Shown piece by piece: positions 51,744 through 64,000 of a stretch of 64,000 nt of DNA. Under the pieces are notes generated by a model, which saw only the letters and a program-made list of their open reading frames with translations, ran no database searches and had not been told where the DNA came from. Made by a program: the position numbers and the translations under genes. This DNA is from Eledone cirrhosa (lineage: Eukaryota). The DNA lies in NCBI GenBank assembly GCA_964016885.1, contig OZ024748.1, positions 44,392,001-44,456,000 of the forward strand, read 5' to 3'. Each line of letters begins with the position of its first letter. The first letter of the stretch is position 1.

Positions 51744-52129
51744 AGACACAGGAGGTATAAATCTGATAATATTCCTGTTCAAAGACATCCTTGTCTATTT
51801 TATTCACTGTAATAATTCTATCGCCCCCCCCCCCCCCAATGATGTAATCAGGTTTGGTAATATCTCAGTTAAGGTTGACCTGACCTTTTATACATGAAAC
51901 TCCAAAGGTCAAATGTTGACCTTTGGAGTTTTGATGCCAACTTATTTCCTCTTGCGCCGCTTTTGTTAACATTTCTATCTATATGTGTATGTATATATAT
52001 GTATATATCAGTGTGTATGTGTGTGTGTGTGTATATATGTATGTGTATATGTGTATGTATATATATATATATATATATGTGTGTGTATGTATGAAAGTAT
52101 AGATATGTGTGTCTGTCTGTATGTATGTA

Positions 52130-52168
<39 letters not shown>

Positions 52169-52594
52169 GTGTGGTGTGTGTGTGTGATGTGTATGTATGG
52201 ATATATATATACATATATATATATGAAAAGATTCAGGACCCCTCCGGCTGTTTCGACAGCTAAATCCGACGAAACAGCCGGAGCTCAGCCGGCGGGATCT
52301 GAATTTTTCATATTACCCACTCTACAACCCCAAATATAGAGTACTAGTGTATTGAGTACCTTACTGACTATGGTTACACCCGATTTAACTCAGGACTCAC
52401 CACATATATATATATTGTATGTGTGTGTATATATATATATGTATGTGTGTGTGTGTGTGTATATATATATATGTATGTGTGTGTGTATATATATATGTAT
52501 GTGTGTGTGTATATATATATGTGTGTGTGTGTGTATATATATGTGTGTGTATATATGTATATGTGTGTGTGTATATATGTGTATGTGTGTGTTT

Positions 52595-52625
<31 letters not shown>

Positions 52626-52786
52626 AAGCGTGTGTATAAATATATATATATATATATGTATGTGTATATATATTTATATATGTGTGTGTATATATATATA
52701 TCATGTATGTATATGTGTGTGTGTATATATATATCATGTATGTATATGTATATGCATGTATGTATGTATATGTATATATAAGCATG

Positions 52787-52826
<40 letters not shown>

Positions 52827-52960
52827 TGTATGTATATATATATATATATACATATATGTATATATATACATGTATATATATATACATATACATGTATATA
52901 TATATACATGTATATATATATACATATACATATATATATATATACATATATGTATATATA

Positions 52961-53458
52961 GTTTAGCGAGGTTTTTTATATGAAATCGTGTGTCGAAACA
53001 GATATTGTTATACTTGGGGAGGGTCATATTTGTGTAATATTGCCAGAATTAATAACAGAACACACTCACTGTTTGGTTGGTTTTCGCTTCTCGCTGTCTT
53101 TTATATCTGCAATCTAACTTACTCGGTCCTCAATAATACAGATACAATATAGATGTGCAATGCAGATGTGCAACGACAGATTTATGTAAATTATGTAAAC
53201 TATATATATGTGTTTGTGTCTATATTGTATCTGTATTATTTTTGACCGTCGGCAACATTGAGGACCGAGTAAGTTAGATTGCAGATATAAAAGACAGCGA
53301 GAAGCGAAAACCAACCAAACAGTTTTCATCCTTACGGGGTCGATAAAATAAAGTACCAGTAATGCACTGGGTAATTGCTGGCCTTGTGCCTAAAGTAGAA
53401 ACAGTTATTAATTCTGACAATATTACGCAAATATGACCCTCCCCAAGTATAACAATAT
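52961..53458. mobile_element. Nested fold-back element in (TA)n, interrupted by a SINE B fragment
   Basis: Inverted pairs 53002-53056/53404-53458, 53069-53133/53257-53322 and 53134-53152/53219-53237. Confidence 0.65.
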
Positions 53459-53509
53459 ATGTATGTATATATATACATGTATATATATACATATATATAT
53501 ATATATATG

Positions 53510-53557
<48 letters not shown>

Positions 53558-53809
53558 TGTATATACATATACATATATGTATATACATATACATATATGT
53601 ATATATATATACATATATGTATATATATATACATATATGTATATATATATACATATATGTATATATATATACATATATGTATATATATATACACATATGT
53701 ATATATGTATACATATATATATATACACATATGTATATATATATATACATATATGTATATATATATACACATATGTATATATATATATACATATATGTAT
53801 ATATATATC

Positions 53810-54053
53810 ACCTTCACCAACCAGTCTGTCAGGCGCCGTTGGTCACAGCACGTCATGCTGTTTTAGCCCTAAGATAACGCCATCCCACTGGCTGGGTGGG
53901 CAGGCCGGTACTCATTTCTACAGCTGAGTACACTGGAGCAACGTGAAATAAAGTGTCTTGCTCAAGGAAACAACACACCGCCCGGTCTGAGAATTGAACT
54001 CACAACCTTTCGATTGAAAGCCCAATGCTCTAACCACTAAGCCATGCGCCTTC
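53810..54053 (-). mobile_element. SINE with family-A head and centre and a different 3' tail
   Basis: Head nearly identical to family A; diverges after gtagaaatgag. Confidence 0.75.
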
Positions 54054-54101
<48 letters not shown>

Positions 54102-54484
54102 CTATGTATGTATATATATATATATATGTATATATATATGTATGTATATATGTATATATATGTATATATATGTATGTATATATATATATGTTTGTATATA
54201 TATATATATATATATATATGTTTGTATATATATATATATATATGTATGTATATATATATATGTCTATATATATGTATATATATATGTATGTATATATATG
54301 TATATATATATATATATATATGTATGTATATATATGTATATATATATATATATGTATGTATATATGTATATATATATATGTATGTATATATATATGTATG
54401 TATATATGTATATATATATATGTATGTATATATGTATATATATATATGTATGTATATATGTATATATATATATGTATGTATATA

Positions 54485-54517
<33 letters not shown>

Positions 54518-54679
54518 ATATATATATATATGTATGTATATATGTATATATATATATGTATGTATATACATATATATATATGTATGTATATATATGCATG
54601 TATATATATAAGCTCTGTTACCTACATAGAGCACTCTTTTTTTCCTGGACTTTTCCAATGGAATTACTTCATGTATATG

Positions 54680-54713
<34 letters not shown>

Positions 54714-55005
54714 ATATACATATACATATATGTATATATACACACATATATGTATATATAAACACAGATATGTATATATATATACGCACATATATGTATA
54801 TATATATATATGTGTATATTTATATGTATACACATATATGTATATATATATATATAGTTAGAGAAGCAAAAAATTGCTTATTGTGATCCAGTTTTTGCGT
54901 AAATACCTGGATTAAATCCTTCTCTTAATACTTACCTGTGTTTTCTCTTTTATACTATATATATATATATGTATATTTATATATATACACATGTATATCT
55001 ATATG

Positions 55006-55054
<49 letters not shown>

Positions 55055-55079
55055 GTAAAAGAAATCAAAGAAGGCTTAC

Positions 55080-55170
55080 ATACTCAGTTTTTATTTACTG
55101 ACAATGTTTCATCCATACCGTTGGACAGGAATCATCAGAGCTTAATAAAGAAAAACACAGTGCTGAGTAT
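55080..55170 (-). ncRNA. Type I hammerhead ribozyme
   Basis: tttattaagct-CTGATGA-ttcc..ggat-GAAA-cattg-TC|agtaaataaa, with distal pairing atactcag/ctgagtat. Confidence 0.65.
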
Positions 55171-55958
55171 AACCTCTACCAAGCTTTGTCACACAAACAA
55201 TTGGAATACAATAGAGAGTAAAAATAGGGAGATCGGAGATGGCGAATAAGGAGAGAGTACATGTTTGTGTTGTTAATAAGCACTACAGCTAAATGCTAGG
55301 GTACAGGCAGATTTTTTCTCAAGATGCAGATGCAAGTAATGGCACACAAAAGCAAAAAGTATAAATAATGGATAAAACATATAATAAAAAAGTAAAAGTT
55401 TTAAGCACATAAAAAGCCAGAGGAAGTTAAGCACAAGTGAATAGGATCTCTGTTATATAAGTACTAAGAGGTTCTTAAGGTATCTCCAGAGAGCCCAAGG
55501 TGATTTTAATCCTCGCCATAGTATACATAAATATGGTATACTAGTAGGTAATTGAATTACATGGCCCATGGGTGTTCAACAAGTATATAGACAGGTACCA
55601 CATAAATACAAGCCATACACAAGGAAAGCGGGGTTATTACAAGATAAAGCTGAAGCAAAAAAACCTAACAACAATGGTTTAGTTACTGTAAAAAACACAC
55701 ATCTGGCAAAGAGTTACTACATATGCATATTTACCGTAGAGGTTAGACCAATCGGTTACATATGATCGGTTACATTGTCTCGGGGTTATAGAGATATTGG
55801 ATTGTCAGTAGATAACAAATCAGTCCAGATTATACAACCTAATGTAGATCGTTCATAAAGTACAAATTAGTTGGATTTATAAGATCACCTAAACATAACA
55901 TCACATCTAGTAACATGTATTACATGCTGGATTTATACATCAGAAAGTCTCCACATGC

Positions 55959-55989
<31 letters not shown>

Positions 55990-56024
55990 GTATATATATA
56001 TACATATATGTATATATATATACA

Positions 56025-56064
<40 letters not shown>

Positions 56065-56073
56065 TTTACTCTA

Positions 56074-56294
56074 GTGAAGGCGTGTGGCTGAGTGGTTAGA
56101 GAATTGGATTCACAATCGTAAGGTTGTGAGTTCGATTCCTGGACCAGGCGATGCGTTATGTCCTTGAGCAAGACACTTTATTTCACGTTGCTCCTTCTAC
56201 CTCGAGTTGCGACCGATAGATAGTATTAGCAATTGGAAAGACCAACGGAAACATTGTTCCCTCGGTCCGATTTGACGAAAGTCGATCGTTTTCT
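56074..56294 (+). mobile_element. SINE family D
   Basis: tggctgagtgg A-box, gagttcgattcc B-box, tail ending gacgaaagtcgatcgtt. Confidence 0.82.
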
Positions 56295-59177
56295 TATATT
56301 TACTCTTTTACCCGTTCCAGCCATCTGGTTGAGGCCACATTTTATCTCTAGCCTGTATTGGTTGGCCACTGGTGTAAGAGGGAGTTTGTTGCTGCTGCCC
56401 TTAGGTTTCCCTCGTGCCTTGCTGTGGGCTAATCCGGGATCCTGGATAGCAAGGTGTCGAGATGTTTCTTGAAGACATCCACCTCCACACCATGCAGATC
56501 TCTCAGATCCCTCGGCAGCTTGTTGAAGAGTTGAGGGCCCTTGAATCCCAGGCTATTGCAATATCTGCTCCTTATTCTAGATGTGGAAGACAGGACCTTT
56601 GGCACCACACAGTGACGTCCTTTTCGACGGTTGGTCCAGCTCCCAATGCCAAAGTTTGGTGCTAGTCCCTTCAGGATTTTCCACATGTAGATCACTGCGT
56701 ATCTCTCCCATTTTCGTTCCAAGGGGTAGATGTTCAGCTCCTTTAGCCTCTCCCAGTAGCTTGTCTCCCTCATCTTGGCAATCCTCTTGGTGTAGCTTCG
56801 CTGGATTGCCTCAAGCTCCGTGGTTATTTTGACACTATGGGGTGACCACAACTAGGAGCAATAGTCCAGGCGGCTTAGGACAAATGTCCTCCATAGTATC
56901 AGCATGGTGTCTCGGTCTCTTGTCCGGAAAGTCCTCAAGATCCAGCTAGCGAGTCGTCTGCACATTGTCGCCACTTTCATGATGTGTGACGAAAAAACGC
57001 ATCATCGCTCATGTCTATACCCAGGTCTCGTATCGGTCCCTCCTGGTCCTGCGTAACTGTGTACTGTATTTGTGTTTGCAGGTTTGTATTGTCGGTCTTG
57101 GAATTTGCCAGCATTAAACTGCATGTTGTTTTCTTCCGCCCATTTGTATATGGCATCCAGATCTTGTAAAAGGGCAACGTAAGCCGGGTTTTTGATTGCC
57201 TCTTGTTTCAATACCCAGTCATAGTGATGTAGCAGCTGTATAAGGCAGCTTCTTACTGGGCGGAAGCCATGCTGCGTGCCAGTCAGGTGATCATTTTCCT
57301 CAAGGAAAGTGATCAGTTTCTTTCTGACGACTCACTCCATGACCTTACTGATATCCGACGTCAGGGAGACTGGCCTATAGTTTTTGGCCTCCGCTCTGCT
57401 ACCTTCTTTATAGTTAGGGCATATTGTGCCTTCTTTCAGCTCCCTGGGTAGTATACCGCTAGCCAAGGAGCTTCTGAAGAGCGTCTTCGGTGCAGTTGCT
57501 AAGGCCTGCTTACATGTTTTTAAGAAGACTGCTGTGAATCCATCAGGTCCAGCAGCTGAGTCTGTTCTAATTTCATCTATGGCATATACCACATCCTCCT
57601 CCGTTATGTCTATGTTGTTGATGGTCACCATTTCATCATGTAGTGTTGTGACATCAAAGAACTCTTCTGGCTTTGTTATTTGCATGTGCCTCAGTGGACA
57701 TGTGAACACACTTTTGTACTGTTCATTCAGTATTTCACATATCTTTTGGGGATTCTCGGTTAATGAACCGTCTGTATGGAAGAGTGGCCCAATCTTGCAG
57801 TGTACCGAGGCAGTTTCTTTTGCAAATTTAAAGAAGGCCTTAGGCTTTGTTTTAATACTTTCTATGGCCCTGTTTTCTTTGCCCTCTCATTTTCATGAGA
57901 AAGTTTGAGTGCAATCTCGGTGTCAAGTAGTGCACGTTTCAAATAAGATTCCTTCTTGTTTTTGTTTTCTTGTTGTGCATTCAACTGGTTTGAGAGCTTG
58001 GTTCTACGTCTCATAAGGATTTTCCTATCTCTGGGAATAAGATTTTTGTGTCTGTTTGCCTTTTTCTCTGGGACAAACTTTTTGCATATAGTGTGTATCG
58101 TTGTCATGAAGTGTTGAAATTGTGTGTTGGTGTCTTGTGTGGCGGTGTTTTTGCTCCATATTTGCTTCCGGATTTCTCTCTTGATCTTTTTCCAGTTAGC
58201 CTTGTAGAAGTTAAGGCTGGATAACATCCCGAAGCTTCTTGGTGGTTGTGTCTCTGTTGGTTTTCTCGGACCACATATCATTAGTTCTACTAAGTTATGA
58301 TCTGAGAAAATTGTTGGTGTCACCTTTACATTGTGAATGAACACTTCGTTGTTTGAAAAACAGAGGTCTAGGACATTTTCGCCTCTTGTTGGGAGGAGTA
58401 CTGCTTGTTCCATGAACAGCCTGTGTGTGAGGGCCACCAGGGATTCCGTCTGTCTCTGTTCTATTGACGTCATTCCAGGGAGGAGGTGGCCCTCAAGCCA
58501 TTTGACCTTTGGTAGGTTGAAGTCTCCCAGCAGTAGGATGTTGAGACCCTGGTCCAGTTTGTCAAGGACCTCTTCTATCCTACTTAGGCTATCTTCAAAT
58601 TTACCCTCATGACTGGGGGCATCGGGCGGCTGACATGTGACACATATTACTGTCTTTAGTTGCTTCATATGTACTATCAGTGTGTCACAGACTGAGTTTG
58701 AATGTGTCAACAGTACAATTGGTGTGACATCTTCACGGATATACAGAGCAACGCCACCATGAGTTCTCTCCTTCCTGTCCGAACATATTTCGGTATATGT
58801 ATTTCTGCATCTGCTATACTGCTTGTCAGGTGCGTTTCGGTTAGTGCCATGCATAATGCTTGATTGCTTATGGCTAAGTCTCCCAGGTAGGAAATTTTGC
58901 TCATGTTAATGAGTTTCACCAGGCCTCTGACATTCAGCAGCAGCACTGGTGTGACTTTTGGGATGCCAGTAATGGCTGTCGGTATGACACCTGGCCTGGT
59001 GTCAGCGGTGGCCACTCTGGGTCCCTTAATTGTGGTGGACTTGAGTGCTGGTGTGAGTCACCCTGGCTCTGAAAACGATGCAGCCAGGTCAGCTGTCCCA
59101 CAATCTTCTCTGCTATCACTAAAAAATGTTTGCTCTGCTGCCGCCATACGTATTAAGCCGTAGTGTCCAGCAACCAT
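56295..59177 (-). mobile_element. CR1/L2-group LINE (APE + RT, internal deletion, frameshifts)
   Basis: LLLNVRGL, ALTETHL, GGVALYI, LLGDFNLP, LDLCF, SDHNL (APE); AGPDGF and NYRPVSLTS (RT); C-terminal LEAIQR..SYWERLKELN. Part of the RT core is missing near 57210. Confidence 0.9.
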
Positions 59178-59189
59178 CGTTGCTCGTTT

Positions 59190-59276
59190 GTTCAACACTG
59201 ACAAAGGAACGCTGTACTAGTTTCAAGCTTATTAGCTATCGTCAGCAACGTATACCTTCCTGCCAGATTGTTGAAC
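59190..59276 (-). ncRNA. Type I hammerhead ribozyme with extended stem I
   Basis: acgttg-CTGACGA-tagct aata agctt-GAAA-ctag-TA|cagcgt. Stem I extends through aagg/cctt, ctggca/tgtcag and gttcaaca/tgttgaac. Confidence 0.8.
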
Positions 59277-59513
59277 GTATATACTTACCTTATGCATATT
59301 AACGGCTTATATACTTATATTTAATATACATACTTATATTTAAGTAACAGCCGTACTAAGAGTGGGAAATGAAATTTCGTTTCATTTTTTCCGTTTATAT
59401 ATATATATTTATATGTATATATAAATATGTATATATATATATCTATGTATATATATATATATTTATATGTATATATATGTATATATCTATGTATATATAT
59501 ATATATTTATATG

Positions 59514-59602
<89 letters not shown>

Positions 59603-59630
59603 GTATATATATGTATATATATATATATAT

Positions 59631-60132
<502 letters not shown>

Positions 60133-60522
60133 GTATATATATGTATATGTATATATACATATATATATATTTATATGTATATATATGTATATGTATGTAT
60201 ATATATATGTATATATATATATATATATATAACTCTACTATGTGTCTCTCTCTCCATCCCCCTCCTCCCTCTCTCTAATATGTCTCCTCCCCCTCTCTCT
60301 CTCTCTACTATATAGATGATCAACTTTAATATATTCGGTGAGAAACTAAGATTCAGTTGTCAGGAATATGATGACCTGAAACAGGACAGCATCCCACATA
60401 CACTCCCCCCTCCCCCCACACACACACATATATATTCAGACACAGATATATACTGGCACAGAGACAGATATACACATATATATTCATATATATGTAAGAT
60501 ATATTTGTATATATATATCTAT

Positions 60523-61343
60523 GCAAAGTAAAACCTACTACAGTCAGTAGGCATCTCTAACAAAATACACCCCCGTCCCATCCACACCGCCCCTTTCAAA
60601 TGTAAAGTTATGTTGGTGCCACAACATCCAGGCCGAAACAAATGAGATCGTGTAGGTGTAACGACAAAAAAAACACACAGTCCACGCTGTAATGTGGCCG
60701 TGTAGGCAACACGGTAAAAACCTCCCAGTCCCACACTGTAAATGTGGTTGGTGTTAGGAAGGGCATCCAGCCGTAGAAAACACGCCAGACAGTCCACGCT
60801 GTAATGTGGCCGTGTAGGTAACACGGTAAAAACCTCCCAGCCCCTCACTGTAAATGTGGTTGGTGTTAGGAAGGGCATCCAGCTGTAGAAAACACGCCAG
60901 ACAGTCCACGCTGTAATGTGGCCGTGTAGGTAACACGGTAAAAACCTCCCAGCCCCTCACTGTAAATGTGGTTGGTGTTAGGAAGGGCATCCAGCTGTAG
61001 AAAACACGCCAGACAGTCCACGCTGTAATGTGGCCGTGTAGGCAACACGGTAAAAACCTCCCAGCCCCACACTGTAAATGTGGTTGGTGTTAGGAAGGGC
61101 ATCCAGCTGTAGAAAACACGCCAGACAGTCCACGCTGTAATGTGGCCGTGTAGGTAACACGGTAAAAACCTCCCAGCCCCTCACTGTAAATGTGGTTGGT
61201 GTTAGGAAGGGCATCCAGCTGTAGAAAACACGCCAGACAGTCCTATGCGAGCAAGACAACCACTCTTGCCTCAAGTGGGAAAACTCCCGTCCAAACCCAT
61301 GCAAGCGTGGAACATGGACGTTAAACGATGATGATGATGATGA

Positions 61344-61345
<2 letters not shown>
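60523..61345 (+). mobile_element. RTE 3'UTR copy containing five tandem 112-bp units
   Basis: Same 3'UTR as 15120-15488. The unit acagtccacgctg...acgccag starts at 60677, 60789, 60901, 61013 and 61125. Confidence 0.88.
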
Positions 61346-61388
<43 letters not shown>

Positions 61389-61627
61389 ATGTATATAGGT
61401 ATGCATATATATATGTATGTATATGTATATATGTATGCATATATATATATATATGTATGTATATGTATATATATATACTCCAAACGAAAGTTTGGAAGAA
61501 ACGATTGTCAGCAATTAAATAATTTGAACACAACTTTGATAATTTTCTAATTTATATATATATATTCATATATATATTTATATATATATATATGTAGGTG
61601 TATTCATATATATATATAGATATATAT

Positions 61628-61961
61628 CATCATCATCATCATTTCATTTTACGTCCGCTTCTCCCTGCTTGCAAGGGTGAGATGGGAACTGATTCTGGCT
61701 TGATTTCTACAGCTGGTTGCCCTTCCTAACACCAACCTCATTTACAGTGAGTGCTGGGTGCTATTTTTGCCGTGGCACCTACACAACCACTTTACAGTGG
61801 AATGATAGGGACCCCAGTCCCTATCATCTCATTTCTACAGCTGAGTAAACTGGAGCAATGTGAAATAAAGTGTCTTGCTCAAGGAAACAACACATCACCC
61901 AGTCTGAGAATTGAACTCACAACCTTTCGATTGCAAGGCCAATCCTCTAACCACTAAGCCA
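61628..61961 (-). mobile_element. SINE family A
   Basis: Reverse-complement copy. Confidence 0.87.
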
Positions 61962-62610
61962 TATTCAAATATATATATATATACATATCTATATATTCAT
62001 ATATGTATGTATGTATATATACATACATTTATATATATATATACACAATCCACAAGACTCCAACTTACAAAGACGTTGTAGGTGAGAACATATGTTCTCC
62101 ATTAAGTTGTATGTGTGTGTCCTGTTATGTGTAAACAGTAATAGCTGAGTCAGTGTGAGGATGAGGAGGGACACTATTAGCTCATGGGATGTCCCTTCAT
62201 AGAGAAAGAAGAATATATATATATATATATATACATATGTGTGTGTGTGTGTATGTGCATATATATGTGTATATATTTATATATGTGTGTATGTATATAA
62301 ATATATATATATATCTATATATACAATAAAGTATGTCCATAGAATCATTTGATAAGATATATACACCATTTCCTCTCCCAATCAGCATAATCAACCACAC
62401 AAAAAACCAATTAAACCAGGTTATAAAATTAAAAGGCACCTATGAAGAAATAATAGATAAATAAACGACAGCCATCTATTCACGATCAACAGCTATAGAA
62501 TATTTACCCATCATTTCAATAGCACGTGGAAATCGATTAAATATATCGTCAACAATTAGGTATAAAATTAAAGTTAGCAGAAAAAAATATATATAAACAT
62601 ACGAAGATTA

Positions 62611-62694
62611 TGTTTCTAACCCATGGGGTTTCATTCGCTTTTGGAAATATCCGATCAAGGATAAATTCACGAGCTTCGAAATCATCAGGAAACA
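62611..62694 (-). ncRNA. Type I hammerhead ribozyme with long stem II
   Basis: tgtttc-CTGATGA-(49-nt stem II with tatcc/ggata)-GAAA-ccccatgggt-TA|gaaaca. Confidence 0.72.
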
Positions 62695-63104
62695 AACTCA
62701 TTTGGACGAAGATTTTTCTTAAATGATCCCCGCCAGAAACGAATTCAAAATGGCTAAGAACTGTGACGTGGCAGTGGTCAAGTCAGAAATAATGTGATTG
62801 GTGCCTTACGGCGAATGGGCTGGTTGCTAGAATGCGCAGCCTAATATTGCATCTCAACCTTATGGGAGATTATCAAATATAAAGATTTACATATACACAA
62901 ACTAGACAAAGTCATAGATATATATATATATGTTTCTGGCAACCATTCACGATGTGGCTCAATGACGAATTAATTAATTAAATAATCAACAATCAGAGCA
63001 ATATACAATAAAGTATGTCCATAGAATCATTTGATAAGATATATACACCATATATATCTATATATCTATATATACTTATACACAAACATGCACATACATG
63101 TATG

Positions 63105-63151
<47 letters not shown>

Positions 63152-63195
63152 ACAAGTATGACCCTGATGGCAGAGCTCATATATATATATACATC

Positions 63196-63240
<45 letters not shown>

Positions 63241-63286
63241 AAGTTAAATAAAAAGTCAAATGTTTAAACTTTAGCTTCGTTTATTG

Positions 63287-63339
63287 CTGCTATATATATT
63301 TCAGTGACAGCCATCTTTGGCTGTGACCTCTTCAGGCAG
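63287..63339 (-). ncRNA. Minimal type I hammerhead ribozyme
   Basis: ctgc-CTGAAGA-ggtcacagcca aaga tggctgtcact-GAAA-tatata-TA|gcag, followed by AATAAA. Confidence 0.75.
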
Positions 63340-64000
63340 TCCGAATTAGTGTGGTTTAGACAAGTACATATGTTGTTGAGGTGTATAGTATTGTCAATAC
63401 TCTGATATACCCAGTTCCTGGTTGGGTTGTTTTTTCACTGAGGAACTGGAATCATATGAATTCAAACAAACAAATTTCAGTGTCAAAGGGCCTCTTCTCC
63501 TCTCATTGGTCAGTTGTTAGAACATTCCTCATTCTAAGTGTTGTTATTGTTGGAGTTAGCTTAAAAAATTGATAAAGTGGTAGAAGGGACAAGGTGTTAA
63601 AGGAACAAAATAACAAAAAAAGTGTCAAACTTCCCATTGGTCAGTTCTGAGAGCATTCCTCAGTCAGAAGTCTATAGAATTCTTTCTGGGGTGAGGCTCC
63701 CTGTAGTGTTTGTGTTTGCTATTGTTAAGTACATTTGACCTCTACCATTATTTTGGAAGTGTTGTTGGTGTTGTGGTCAGCTTATGTCTTGCTTTTGTTG
63801 ACAATTTAGAAGTATCTGTGTGTGTTTTTTCTTCATCTCTCCTGCCACGATCATGATGATGATGATATATATATATATAATATACATATATATATGTATA
63901 CATATATATCTATATAATATATATATATTATATATAATATATACATATTATATATAATATATACATATATAATATATATATATTATATATAATATATACA

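Larger units (their letters stand above)
51058..54855. repeat. Extended (TA)/(TG) compound microsatellite field hosting several inserts
   Basis: Directly visible. Confidence 0.9.

Noticed and set aside
63381-63850. Possible GIY-YIG C-terminus upstream of the 63287 hammerhead
   Set aside because: No convincing ORF or motif on the minus strand.

Overview
AT-rich, microsatellite-saturated eukaryotic DNA. The SINE families, RTE/CR1/Tx1 LINEs and the C2H2 gene suggest a cephalopod such as an octopus; this is inference, not shown. Only one host gene is supportable: an 806-aa single-ORF zinc-finger transcription factor (24591-27011, +) with Q-rich repeats, polyH and polyQ. The rest is decayed LINEs, tRNA-headed SINEs, MITEs, a Helitron-like element and simple repeats. 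Almost all other ORFs in the track are (TA)n/(CA)n artefacts. The main unexplained signal is a dense, sequence-diverse set of short non-coding islands set in (TA)n tracts. They carry type I hammerhead ribozyme folds, read by eye as stem I - CUGANGA - stem II - GAAA - short, often palindromic stem III - UH - stem I. Many are long fold-back palindromes with a one-sided tail that contains a recurring small hairpin. This fits non-autonomous Penelope-like or retrozyme-like elements targeting (TA)n. Three cases stand out: an extended hammerhead 37 nt upstream of an in-frame ATG of a CR1-like LINE, a 682-bp terminally redundant hammerhead unit, and a hammerhead palindrome about 0.9 kb downstream of the zinc-finger stop codon. 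All folds are manual and untested.
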